Below are positions 37,958 to 47,559 of a DNA stretch of 64,000 nt, in pieces (the stretch's first letter is position 1; the number at the start of each line of letters is the position of its first letter). The DNA lies in assembly GCA_965221445.1 (NCBI GenBank), contig CBDCSF010000004.1, positions 5,556-69,555 on the forward strand, given 5' to 3'. The notes below the pieces were generated by a model that saw nothing but the letters and a program-made list of their open reading frames with translations, did not search any database and was not told the origin of the DNA. The position numbers were made by a program, and so were the translations under genes. This stretch comes from Paracoccaceae bacterium. GTDB taxonomy: Bacteria > Pseudomonadota > Alphaproteobacteria > Rhodobacterales > Rhodobacteraceae.

Positions 37958-40510
37958 ATGACCGTTACATCATCGGAAGACAAGGCAATTGATCGCCAGG
38001 GGCAATGGCGTTCGGCACGCCCCCTGGCCCGTACAGTTGATATTCTTGCAGGCCCGGCAACAGGTGCTGTTCTTGCAGGCGGTTTTAGTCTGATGATCGT
38101 GGTGCCGGTATTGGCCTTGCCAGCTTGTCTGGTTCTGGGGTGTTATCTCTTCTGGGTAGCGAGCAAACAATACCGCTTGCCGATGAGAGTTCCCAAGAGC
38201 TGGGGTATGGTGGATTACAGTGACAACGTACCGGGAAGCGATAGCAGGTTCAGGCAGGCGGAGGGTCTGCTGTTTCTTGGGAACGATGATTCAGACCGTG
38301 AGTTGTGGATTACCAATTCGGATGCCAGGCGTCATAAATTCGTACTGGGGACAACCGGTTCGGGCAAGACGGAATATTTGCTTGGGAATATTGTACAGCC
38401 CTTGTGCTGGGGATCGGGGTTTCTGTTTATTGATGGGAAGGGAACACCTGAATTCTATTCACGGATCTGGACGTTGGCCAAGAGATTTGGACGGGAGGAC
38501 GATGTTCGTCTTATCAACTTTACCGGGGTATCCGGAGAGGGCAAAGTGGATGCCGATGCACTGGCGGGCAGTATTGGGTCACAGTCAAATACCCTGAATC
38601 CGTTTTCCTCGGGGACATCCGACCAGTTGATAAACATGATTGCGTCACTGATATCGGATTCGGGTGGTGGGGGTGATATGTGGCGGGACCGGGCTGTCAA
38701 CCTGATGTCCACCCTGGTGAGGGCCCTGGTGGAAATGCGGGACCGGGAGGAAATTTTCATGGATGTACAATCCATCAGAGACTATATGCCTCTCGGTGGA
38801 GGTGTTCCTGGTGGAGCCAAACCTGCTGACGGGAACCGAAAGGAGATCCTGATCAGTGACATCACGGAAACCCAGTGGGATTACATTCGGAAAGACAAGT
38901 CCTCGGGAGCTCTTTATCTCCGAACCCTGAAGGGCGAATTCTCAAGTGCCACGACACTTGCCTTCAAGGGTTTTTTCGATTCCCTGCCCGGTTTCAACCT
39001 ACAGGCTCTGTTGGAGGGTAAGGACCAGGGTAACACGACGCTGGAACAGTATGGCTATCTTACGATGCAGCTGACGAAACCCCTGGGAACTATGGCTGAT
39101 GATTACGCCCACATATTCAGGACGTCCCTGGCTGAAGTCTCAATGGAGGATGTGGTATATCGGCGACGTATCCTGGTGGTACTTCTTCCAGCCCTGCAGA
39201 AAGCCCCGACGGAAACCCGCAATCTTGGCAAGATCATTGTCAGTATGGGCAAGGCCATGATGGGTGCCGCATCAGGGTCTAAGGTTACGGGGACCAGGGA
39301 GGAAATCATTGAATCCTCACCCACGCGTTCATCGAGTCCCTTTCTGGCAGTTTTTGATGAGGCTGGCTATTATCTGGTTCAGGGAATGGATGTCATGGCG
39401 GCCCAGGCCAGATCGCTTGGTTTTTCAATCATTGTCGGAGCCCAGGATCTCCAGGCAATGCGTGGTGAACAGAAACAGGTTGCCGACAGTGTGATAGCCA
39501 ACACCTTTTTGACGGCCATCGGTGCCACGGTTGATGCGAATGATTCCCTGGAATTCATCAAGCGCAAGGTGGGGACCCAGAAAATTCTACAGAGTACGGG
39601 AATGGAACGGATTGAAGGTCTGGCTGGAACGTCCTATAAGGAAGGGTCCCTGGGTTTCAACGATGTGGAACGGTTGCAGGTTGACGAGCTTCGCAATCTT
39701 GGGGAGGGTCAATTCTATTTTGTCTTTCGGGACAAGGTCATCAGGGGCCGGAGTTTCTATGTCGGTAATGATTTTCATCACGAGATCACCAAGAACAGCC
39801 TTGTTCCCCTCAGGGGACCACTGGACAATCGGCAGATCCAGAATCAGCCCGGTGAGGAAAGCGACTCTGCAGTAACCGGTGATGACAGTTACTACATTGA
39901 CGAGATGAACGAGGTTTTTTCCGTTATCGCAGCTAAACCATTACCAAAGCATGATGAAAGTGCTTGCCCCCTGACAGGTGAATTGATGGCGACCCTAAAG
40001 GGAACATCATTCCTGTCGCCAGTGGATGGTGGCCCATCCCCGACCTACATGACCCTGATGGAGATTGTCCTGGCCCAGGCTGTTGAAAGGGATCTCCCGG
40101 ACATTCATGATTACAATGAACTGGCACAACTTGAGGACAGTGATTTCGAGCATCATGATGACATTGAATTGGATGGTGAGCTTGATGAGGACAGCACTCC
40201 CTCGCATTTCCACAAGGTACTCAAGGGAATGGGATTACCGAAAAGGGCAGATGAACCACCTGCAACCAGCCCTGAAAATGATACCCCTCAGAAGGAACCG
40301 GACACGATACCCCCCACCCTCAACATCAAGCCTTTTGGATCTCCTGTCCAGCCCACTCAGTCTTCTGCTGTCGCTGAGACTTCGTTCCTCGAGACCGACA
40401 CGGAAAATTCTCCTGAAGATGACACCAATCTGATAGCCACTCCGGATCAACTGGTTGCTGCCCTGGCTACCGATCCCGCTACAAGCGAGAAGGACCTTCA
40501 TGATGTTTAA
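37958..40510 (+). CDS. dotL: DotL/IcmO (TrbC-like) type IV coupling protein
   Basis: Two N-terminal TM helices. Walker A FVLGTTGSGKTEYLLG and Walker B LAVFDEAGYYL. Acidic C-terminal extension. Confidence 0.85.
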   Translation: MTVTSSEDKAIDRQGQWRSARPLARTVDILAGPATGAVLAGGFSLMIVVPVLALPACLVLGCYLFWVASKQYRLPMRVPKSWGMVDYSDNVPGSDSRFRQAEGLLFLGNDDSDRELWITNSDARRHKFVLGTTGSGKTEYLLGNIVQPLCWGSGFLFIDGKGTPEFYSRIWTLAKRFGREDDVRLINFTGVSGEGKVDADALAGSIGSQSNTLNPFSSGTSDQLINMIASLISDSGGGGDMWRDRAVNLMSTLVRALVEMRDREEIFMDVQSIRDYMPLGGGVPGGAKPADGNRKEILISDITETQWDYIRKDKSSGALYLRTLKGEFSSATTLAFKGFFDSLPGFNLQALLEGKDQGNTTLEQYGYLTMQLTKPLGTMADDYAHIFRTSLAEVSMEDVVYRRRILVVLLPALQKAPTETRNLGKIIVSMGKAMMGAASGSKVTGTREEIIESSPTRSSSPFLAVFDEAGYYLVQGMDVMAAQARSLGFSIIVGAQDLQAMRGEQKQVADSVIANTFLTAIGATVDANDSLEFIKRKVGTQKILQSTGMERIEGLAGTSYKEGSLGFNDVERLQVDELRNLGEGQFYFVFRDKVIRGRSFYVGNDFHHEITKNSLVPLRGPLDNRQIQNQPGEESDSAVTGDDSYYIDEMNEVFSVIAAKPLPKHDESACPLTGELMATLKGTSFLSPVDGGPSPTYMTLMEIVLAQAVERDLPDIHDYNELAQLEDSDFEHHDDIELDGELDEDSTPSHFHKVLKGMGLPKRADEPPATSPENDTPQKEPDTIPPTLNIKPFGSPVQPTQSSAVAETSFLETDTENSPEDDTNLIATPDQLVAALATDPATSEKDLHDV

Positions 40511-40552
40511 GCCGGCTGAGTCCTCCCTCCTCCCTTCACTCCCTCTTACCTC

Positions 40553-40674
40553 CAGCAGGACCTGTCGTTCCCGTCTTTCGGAAGACATTCTTACTTGTTT
40601 CCCTTTCCTGTGTCCAGGTTCGGTCAACTTGTGGGCGTTTGCACCCCAGACCCCGCCATTCTGTAAAATAAAAA
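40553..40674. repeat. Box 2, long copy (~122 bp intergenic repeat)
   Basis: Near-identical to 44155-44276. Its last 43 bp are identical to 11701-11743. It lies between the dotL stop and the dotB start. Confidence 0.8.
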
Positions 40675-40739
40675 ATTTCTCCCCCATCCCCCTTATTCTA
40701 TTCTATTTAAACCCTTTTTTACCTCATTGATCTCTCCCT

Positions 40740-41885
40740 ATGAATTCAACAAGCGATTATATTTATCCTCTTCCAGCCAGTCTTGATATACCTTCATTTC
40801 GGGAATTCATGGTTCGTGCCTCCAGGGATTATGGAGCTTCGGACATCTATCTTCAGACGGGAAGGACACTGGGCTGCCGTATTGAGGGTCAGATCCACAA
40901 TTGCTCTTCCCGAACCCTCATGCCCCAGGAAGTTGAAACCGTTCTGGTTGAGACTTACGGAGCTGAAGCCGGTATCAGCCAGGTTCGTTCAGGGCAGGTG
41001 CTTGACTATGCATGGGATTTTAGGTTGGATCGCACCACCCGACTTCGTTTCAGGGTCAATTGTACCGGTGTCTGGAGTGAAAGGGGTATTGATGGTTTTG
41101 ACATGACCTTCAGGGTTCTCCCCAGGGAGACTCCCTCTCTTGCTGATGTTGGTTTGACGGTTGACATCTACGACTGTTGCACACCAGTTTCCGGCATTGT
41201 ACTGGTTGCTGGTGGAACAGGGCAGGGCAAATCAACAACGCTGGCTGCGATTATTGGTCATTATCTCCAGCACTCAAGTGGTCGGGTTATTGATATTCAA
41301 GCTCCCATAGAATACACCTTCAGCGATATAGCCAGAGATATTCCGAGACTCGCTCAATCGGAGGTTCCCCATCATTTGCGGGATTTTGCTGAATCTGTCT
41401 GGGCAGCACTGCGTCGATCACCTGATACGATTTCCATTGGTGAAACGAGGGATCAGGCGACGGTGAAGGCACTCATTGCCGCCTCACTGACAGGTCACCG
41501 TGTCTATACCACACTGCACGCCGGTAACGTCATTGAGAGTTTTCGCCGTCTTGTAGCCATGACCAGCCTGAAGTCGGATCGGGTGGGTGATTTGCCTCTT
41601 GTTCTCCGTTTTCTGATTGCCCAGCGCCTGCTACCCGGAATTTCGGGACAGCGACAGGTGGTCAGGGAATATCTTGAGATCAACGATTTGGTTCGTCAGA
41701 AGTTGTGGGAAGCTGAAACCAGAGACTGGCCGAATGTCGTTGCCCGGATCCTGTCTCAATCATCTACGGGTATAAAGGCCAGATCCTTTCGGCATGACTG
41801 TGATGAGCTGGTAGAAAGGGGCAGGATTACAAGACAGGTGGCCAACAATTTTCTGCACTCGGCCGGCCTTGGAGATCTCTTATGA
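40740..41885 (+). CDS. dotB: DotB (TraJ-like) PilT-family hexameric ATPase
   Basis: Walker A VLVAGGTGQGKSTTLAAI. Asp/His boxes TISIGETRD and TGHRVYTTLHAGN. Confidence 0.85.
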   Translation: MNSTSDYIYPLPASLDIPSFREFMVRASRDYGASDIYLQTGRTLGCRIEGQIHNCSSRTLMPQEVETVLVETYGAEAGISQVRSGQVLDYAWDFRLDRTTRLRFRVNCTGVWSERGIDGFDMTFRVLPRETPSLADVGLTVDIYDCCTPVSGIVLVAGGTGQGKSTTLAAIIGHYLQHSSGRVIDIQAPIEYTFSDIARDIPRLAQSEVPHHLRDFAESVWAALRRSPDTISIGETRDQATVKALIAASLTGHRVYTTLHAGNVIESFRRLVAMTSLKSDRVGDLPLVLRFLIAQRLLPGISGQRQVVREYLEINDLVRQKLWEAETRDWPNVVARILSQSSTGIKARSFRHDCDELVERGRITRQVANNFLHSAGLGDLL

Positions 41886-42727
41886 TATATGGCGAACGCT
41901 GTTTCTGGCGTGAAACATCAAACTATCCGCAGGTGATTATAGTTGATGCAAGAATTCTGCTATTCCTGGGACTTGCTGTATTCAATGTAGGGGTTCTTAC
42001 CTTCCTTCTTCTGCTACTCATGGTAGGTATTTTTCTATTACTGGCCTGGAAATCCATCAGGTTTGAATCAGCACTCAGATTGATCAGACTTTTTTTTCTG
42101 GGCCTGGAACGCCCTGCCACAACCAGACCATTACGTCAACCGGTCAATTATATCCAGTACGGTCCGGATGGCCGCTGGTGTCCCTGGCGACTCCGCAATC
42201 TCCCATATAGGGGCGGAGGAATTCTGGCCCTGGTTTGTGCAGTTGGTCTGGTACTTGCCCCTGAAAAGGGAAACAGCTGGATGTACTGGCAAGGTCTTGC
42301 CCCTTATTATCAAACTGAAGAGGCATCACCAGAAAATCTTCAGCGCCCCCTGCCTGGTGCCACACCTTTTTATTCACCTTCACCGGTTAATCCGGACTGG
42401 TATCAGGGCTGTCTCATGCCTGGCATTAATCAACACTGGTGCCATCCGGTGCTTTTCAAGTCTCCTGATAATCTTGATCCACTGGATAGGCAAAACCATG
42501 GACCAAAGGCAAGGGAGGTATTCTGGCCGACCAGAATGAATAATGGTTTAGATGATACCAAAACCCAACCATCCTGTATCTGGATCGTTTCACCCGGTGA
42601 CACTCTTTCTTTCATTGCCGGTGTAGTCTATGGATACATGACTCTTTGGCCGGAACTCGCTGCAGCCAATGGGATTGAAGAACCCTGGCATATTTATCCT
42701 GACCAATGTATTATCGACCTGAAATAG
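41882..42727 (+). CDS. IcmT/TraK-like membrane protein fused to a C-terminal LysM domain
   Basis: The N-terminus FWRETSNYPQVIIVDARILLFLGL...IRFESALRLIRLFFLG follows the IcmT pattern. The C-terminus WIVSPGDTLSFIAGVVYG...LAAANGI is LysM-like. Confidence 0.6.
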   Translation: MIYGERCFWRETSNYPQVIIVDARILLFLGLAVFNVGVLTFLLLLLMVGIFLLLAWKSIRFESALRLIRLFFLGLERPATTRPLRQPVNYIQYGPDGRWCPWRLRNLPYRGGGILALVCAVGLVLAPEKGNSWMYWQGLAPYYQTEEASPENLQRPLPGATPFYSPSPVNPDWYQGCLMPGINQHWCHPVLFKSPDNLDPLDRQNHGPKAREVFWPTRMNNGLDDTKTQPSCIWIVSPGDTLSFIAGVVYGYMTLWPELAAANGIEEPWHIYPDQCIIDLK

Positions 42728-44121
42728 TCGATCAGGCTTTTTACAATGCCATTGTCAAACTTGTTGGCAAGGCGGTCGAGGAATTGATTACAACCAAACG
42801 CGATATTCCTGATGAGCACCTGCAAACATGGCAGGAAGAGGCCAGCCAGTGGTTCTATAGCGGACTGCAACACACCCCCCGCAACCACCAGTATCGAGAA
42901 TGGTTTATTCACAGATCCGTTTTACAGTTGACCGGTTTTGATGCCCTGGAGGCAGCACTTCTTCATCTGGCGTTTCAGCATCACCCCTCGGCCATGGTAA
43001 CTCCTGAAAGGCTGGTGGCTGACAAGTTGCTGGGTGTCCCACCACAAAAAGGCTGGCAACGATACTGGCAGCAGGAAAGGAAACTTCAGGCAGCTGTCGC
43101 CCAGCTGATTGAGGAACGTGGCTGGAGTGCCGACCCGCAGGATGGTCTCATTTATGAGAAGGATCCCTTTTTTGCCGGCAGAATCATGCGTGATGATGAA
43201 GGTCGTGTTCTGGTTGTGCTTCCCGACAGGGATACCGATATCGCTACCGGCATGATCGGACCCATTGACAGTCGCCATCTCTGTCTTGTCCTGCATGACG
43301 CCAAACAGCATGTTTCCGTTCGGACAGGTGGGATCGTTACCATGGATCCTCATTCCCTGGCGATCAACTGGCATGAAGCAATTTATGACAATGAGCTTGG
43401 CCGGGAACTAGCCGATCTCCGTGAATCAGTATGGAACAATCATGTACTTGATGGCAACCCACTACCTGATACAAAATCATTAAAGAATCCCCCACCAGGT
43501 GATGGACAGTCAAGTCTTACTACGGATCAGCTCAACAATCTTCAATTCCTTATTATGCAACATCGCCTAGGCAAGGAAATTCTGGATTACTCCTGCAAAT
43601 TCCACAGGGAAAGCAGGCATCTTCTCCATTCCTTTCTGACAGAGAGTTCCCTTAAACCAAATGCATATGCTTTTGGGGATTGCAGGTTAAACTACCAGCT
43701 GACCCGTGATCCATCTCGTATCCGGGAAGCTCTTGAGACTCTGAATATCCCGCTGGAGAACCTGAGGAGTCCTCTCAAGGCAGGTGATAAGGGGGAAATC
43801 AACCGTATTGCATTACAGGCCATGTTGGCGGAATTGAAAATCCTGCTGGCTGACGATGATCATGTTGCCCTGAAGGAGGGGGTTGAGCGTTTGCTTAAAC
43901 TTCCCATCGAACTTGGTCCCATTGACATGAAAAAGGCAGCCTCGCTTTTGGATAAATCAACCCTTGTTTCACCTCATGAAATTAACAGGGAACGTCTGGA
44001 AACAGGTGTAACCCATGTCTTGTGGGATAACAAAATCAGTGAGATGAGGGAAAAACTTGGGTCTTTCTATGAGGAACAGGTATTGGCCATGCAAAACAGC
44101 CTGACCACCAGTGACGATTAA
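42706..44121 (+). CDS. hypothetical 471-aa protein, last gene of the dotB operon
   Basis: Long ORF overlapping the upstream gene by 22 nt. No motif recognised and no TM or signal segment. Confidence 0.5.
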   Translation: MYYRPEIVDQAFYNAIVKLVGKAVEELITTKRDIPDEHLQTWQEEASQWFYSGLQHTPRNHQYREWFIHRSVLQLTGFDALEAALLHLAFQHHPSAMVTPERLVADKLLGVPPQKGWQRYWQQERKLQAAVAQLIEERGWSADPQDGLIYEKDPFFAGRIMRDDEGRVLVVLPDRDTDIATGMIGPIDSRHLCLVLHDAKQHVSVRTGGIVTMDPHSLAINWHEAIYDNELGRELADLRESVWNNHVLDGNPLPDTKSLKNPPPGDGQSSLTTDQLNNLQFLIMQHRLGKEILDYSCKFHRESRHLLHSFLTESSLKPNAYAFGDCRLNYQLTRDPSRIREALETLNIPLENLRSPLKAGDKGEINRIALQAMLAELKILLADDDHVALKEGVERLLKLPIELGPIDMKKAASLLDKSTLVSPHEINRERLETGVTHVLWDNKISEMREKLGSFYEEQVLAMQNSLTTSDD

Positions 44122-44154
44122 TTAGGGAATTATAATTAGCACTCTCTTGCCCTT

Positions 44155-44276
44155 CAGCGAGACCTGTCGTTCCCGTCTTTCGGCCGATTCTCCTCTTTGT
44201 TTCCCTACCCTGTGTCCAGGTTCGGTCAACTTGTTGGTGTTTGCACCCCAGGCCCCGCCATTCTGTAAAATAAAAA
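44155..44276. repeat. Box 2, long copy
   Basis: It aligns over its whole length with 40553-40674. It is followed by the inverted repeat TGTGTAT-N6-ATACACA at 44305-44324. Confidence 0.8.
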
Positions 44277-44363
44277 TACTCTCAGACCTCTTTACAATTT
44301 GTCATGTGTATGTCTGTATACACACAATTGAATTGAAATTGTTTGAAAAGGGAAGGGGATTAC

Positions 44364-45413
44364 ATGCCTCTATCATCTTCAGGAACAACACGCCAGAGAA
44401 AATTTTCTACTGCCATCATCAATGGGTGTACCGGTCAGGTCTCGGAATATCTTGCTGAAGGGATCAACCCCAATGACCATCACCCGGAAGGACTAACACC
44501 CCTAGCCCTGTCCTGGCAAAACAATGATTGGTTGTGTGCGGAACTTCTGTTGAATTATGGTGCTCGGATCAACGGAACAATGACTCATGACGGCATGGGG
44601 GATGACAACACCCTTTTACATCTTGTTTGTGCCAAACGCAGTGCTGATCCCGCCTGGATTTCCTTCCTGGGTGAACACAGGGCCAACCCTGATGCTGAAA
44701 ACAGTTTGGGACTGACACCCATGTATTATGCCACCTCCGTGTTCAGTGCGAGGAAGATCGGAGCTCTTGCTGCGATTGGAGCTTCCGGTTCACGTATCTA
44801 TCGCAACCGTCCGGTACTTCATATGGCTGCAATCAAGCATTCTGCCCGACTTGTAACTTCACTCGTGGACGCCGGCACCTCAATTGACTGTAGGGACGAA
44901 GATGGTCGAACGGTATTGCATTATGCCAATCTCTTCCGGTCATACCGTGTTCTTGATGAGGTTTTTGGCCTCGGTGCCAACCCCAATGCACTTGACATCT
45001 GGAGTAACACGCCACTCCATACGATTGTCAGTACTCTTATCCATCACAGTCTGCATCCTGTTTTTCTGGATTCTTTCCTGACGGCCGGGGCCAGACTCAA
45101 TACCCGGAACAGGGATGGGGAAACCATTCTACACAAGCTTCCATGGCAGAAGCCTTCACGGGCAAGAAACTGGCTTGAAAGACTGCTGGCTGCCGGAGTT
45201 AAAGTTAATATTGCGGACAGAAAGGGGGTTACTCCCCTGGAACTTGCTGAGCAACATCAGGACAGAAGTCTGGTCAATATGCTCCTGGCTGCCGGTGCCA
45301 GGAAAGCTGAAATCAAATCACAAGTTGCGTTTCAATATAATAGACAGAATCTTGCCATCTCTCCAATTGAAGACAGGACCGGTCAAACCCATATCGGAAG
45401 GGTAACGATATGA
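44364..45413 (+). CDS. ankyrin-repeat protein (about 8 repeats)
   Basis: Repeated G-x-TPL-H/x-A ... LL..GA.pN blocks (GLTPLALSWQNND, NTLLHLVCAKR, GLTPMYYA, RPVLHMAAIKH, GRTVLHYA, NTPLHTIV, GETILHKL, GVTPLELA). ATG 44364 follows GGAAGGGG. Confidence 0.85.
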   Translation: MPLSSSGTTRQRKFSTAIINGCTGQVSEYLAEGINPNDHHPEGLTPLALSWQNNDWLCAELLLNYGARINGTMTHDGMGDDNTLLHLVCAKRSADPAWISFLGEHRANPDAENSLGLTPMYYATSVFSARKIGALAAIGASGSRIYRNRPVLHMAAIKHSARLVTSLVDAGTSIDCRDEDGRTVLHYANLFRSYRVLDEVFGLGANPNALDIWSNTPLHTIVSTLIHHSLHPVFLDSFLTAGARLNTRNRDGETILHKLPWQKPSRARNWLERLLAAGVKVNIADRKGVTPLELAEQHQDRSLVNMLLAAGARKAEIKSQVAFQYNRQNLAISPIEDRTGQTHIGRVTI

Positions 45414-45826
45414 ATGGTGAATTTGTCGATATACCCTGGATTGGCCCAGATCGACTTTATCTCTATGCTGTACAGGGTAATCTCTTTATGGTTGATATCC
45501 TGCTTAACCATGGGGATGATCCCAATGCCAGAACGTCCAGGGGTGACGCACCCCTTCATGCCAGTTGTCGCAGTTGCCATGAGCCGGTTCTGACCAGGCT
45601 TTTGTCCTGGGGTGGTGATCCCAACATCATGGGGTGCTGGTACGAAACACCCCTTCACATCGCTTCGGAAAAGGGTTGGCAGAGAGGCATCACCCTGTTG
45701 CTGGCTGCCGGTGCCAATGTCAATTGTTCCGACAGGGGAGGGTATTCACCTCTGGCCACAGCTATACGTTTCAAACAGAGGGATACTGCCCGGCAATTGC
45801 TGGAGGCTGGGGCCGAACCACGGTAA
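45410..45826 (+). CDS. ankyrin-repeat protein (about 3-4 repeats)
   Basis: ATGA overlap with the upstream gene. Blocks: GDAPLHASCRSCHEPVLTRLLSWGGDPN, ETPLHIASEKGWQRGITLLLAAGANVN, GYSPLATAIRFK. Confidence 0.8.
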   Translation: MNGEFVDIPWIGPDRLYLYAVQGNLFMVDILLNHGDDPNARTSRGDAPLHASCRSCHEPVLTRLLSWGGDPNIMGCWYETPLHIASEKGWQRGITLLLAAGANVNCSDRGGYSPLATAIRFKQRDTARQLLEAGAEPR

Positions 45827-45939
45827 TCTATTTCAGGAAATGGTAAGCCAATAAATTACGCTAATATTTAAAGTAAGCGGGATATACTGACCAACCCTTC
45901 TTTTGCTTGATAATAGCCATATTTAGGTATAAATCTGAA

Positions 45940-47559
45940 ATGGAACAGCTTTTTGGAATTGCGATTATGACCAAGCCTTACAGATCCGAACTGATGGAAA
46001 GATTCCTGCGAGAGGAGGATAGGAACATAAATCATTTCTTTACAGGTCGTGAGGATATACTACAAGCTATCCAGTCTAAAGCCCTTGCTGTTAATGAACA
46101 GACCCAAGCCAAAATCTCAAGTTCTCCTGCTGCAGGCCTTACCCAGATCATTCAGGGTCCACCGGGAGTGGGAAAAACGAGCCTTCTCGAAAAAATCAGA
46201 CAGGATAGTCTAAAGGTATTGAAGGAAAACAAAAAAGGACACAAGACCATACCGGTTATGATTACGAACCCACGCCGTCTGTCCTATGAAACACTTGGCA
46301 AACGGATAGCGGAAACGATAACTGAACTGTCGCAGGAACTTGGCAGTGTCAAGAATATTGACAAGATAAAAGGATCTCTAAAGGCCGTCTCATCCATAGG
46401 TATACCGGGAATAGTTGAAGTGGATCTTGATGGAACTCGTACCCTTAAGAAAAAAAACCTTGTTCCTGAGGGATACACGATCATTCTGATGATAGATGAA
46501 ATTCAGAATATTCCACCTGACAAGGATTCCGAGGCAGCAATGGTTTTGGAAAGTCTGCATGGCGGCAGCGATGGCTACCCCATACTTCCAGTTGTAGCAG
46601 GACTCTCCAGTAGCAGGGGTATATTAACCCATTACGCCTTTTCCCGTCTTGGAGGATGGGCACTTCACAATGTACCAACGCTTACGGCGAATGAGGTCCG
46701 AGAATCTTTTGAAAAATTTATAGGGTATTTCAATATACGGTCAGATAAGGACACAACCAGAATCTGGTCCGATTTCATGGTTGACTGGTCGGGAGGCTGG
46801 CCCAAGCATCTTCAGAATACAATGGCGGTTCTTGGTAGGTTTATTCATTGTCTGAAGGATCAGGGAAATCTGACAATCGCTGATCCTCATCTAGTCAAGA
46901 AGGCAGCTTTCCAAAAAAAAACTGAATATTACAAAACCAGGTGTGGATTATTTGATTCCATGCCCGTAATTATCGGAGAGATAATGGCTGAAGTGGGATC
47001 AATACCAAAATCTCAGGTTGAAATTGTAAACATTTCCCGGGATATTTATATGAGTTCGAAGTGGAAACCCATAATTGAGGAACTTGATTTTCCCGTTCCA
47101 AATTTCCATTATTTGCTACACAACGGTTTTATCGATAATGCTCCAGAACCATTTGAGGATTGTTATCATTGTCCGATTCCATCCTTGCAATCGTTTATAG
47201 TAGCGACGACAGGATCAGGAATTCATACAGCAGTATATGAGGGTGATGAGGGGAGCATAAGGCCCCTCATACAGAGAGGGCATGATATCAATGGCCAGGA
47301 TGCCTGGGGACGAACACCCCTGCATATTGCCGCCGAGAACAACTGGGATCGGGTGGTAGCTGTCCTTCTTCAGGAGGGTGCAGACCCGGAAATCCGTGAC
47401 CAACAGAACAACCGCCCTCTGGAATTGGCAAGGGAGGATTCTGCATCCCACCTGAAGCTCATGAGGGTGTCTGTTGCCATAAAGGATAATAACCCAACTG
47501 ACACTCAACAATCAAAGCTTACAGAAAACCAGTCGGTTTCATCCCGCCCCAAAATGTAG
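45940..47559 (+). CDS. AAA/STAND-like NTPase with C-terminal ankyrin repeats
   Basis: FFTGREDIL, Walker A IIQGPPGVGKTSLLEKI and Walker B TIILMIDEIQNI. C-terminal GRTPLHIAAENNWDRVVAVLLQEGADPEIRDQQNNRPLELA. Confidence 0.75.
   Translation: MEQLFGIAIMTKPYRSELMERFLREEDRNINHFFTGREDILQAIQSKALAVNEQTQAKISSSPAAGLTQIIQGPPGVGKTSLLEKIRQDSLKVLKENKKGHKTIPVMITNPRRLSYETLGKRIAETITELSQELGSVKNIDKIKGSLKAVSSIGIPGIVEVDLDGTRTLKKKNLVPEGYTIILMIDEIQNIPPDKDSEAAMVLESLHGGSDGYPILPVVAGLSSSRGILTHYAFSRLGGWALHNVPTLTANEVRESFEKFIGYFNIRSDKDTTRIWSDFMVDWSGGWPKHLQNTMAVLGRFIHCLKDQGNLTIADPHLVKKAAFQKKTEYYKTRCGLFDSMPVIIGEIMAEVGSIPKSQVEIVNISRDIYMSSKWKPIIEELDFPVPNFHYLLHNGFIDNAPEPFEDCYHCPIPSLQSFIVATTGSGIHTAVYEGDEGSIRPLIQRGHDINGQDAWGRTPLHIAAENNWDRVVAVLLQEGADPEIRDQQNNRPLELAREDSASHLKLMRVSVAIKDNNPTDTQQSKLTENQSVSSRPKM

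Noticed and set aside
40625-40650. Sigma-54 promoter inside box 2 (GG...GC on the minus strand, CTGGGGTGCAAACGCC)
   Set aside because: The spacing between GG and GC is 8-9 nt instead of 10, and the flanks do not match TGGCAC-N5-TTGC.
40455-40730. ORFs 40455-40730 and 44147-44458 encoding similar Cys-rich peptides (CRSRLS...LCPGSVNL...FAPQ.PPFCKIK)
   Set aside because: The similarity comes from the box 2 DNA repeat. The third copy (11701-11743) has no equivalent ORF, neither ORF has an RBS, and nucleotide conservation runs past the ORF limits. They are treated as non-coding, although a small peptide cannot be fully excluded.
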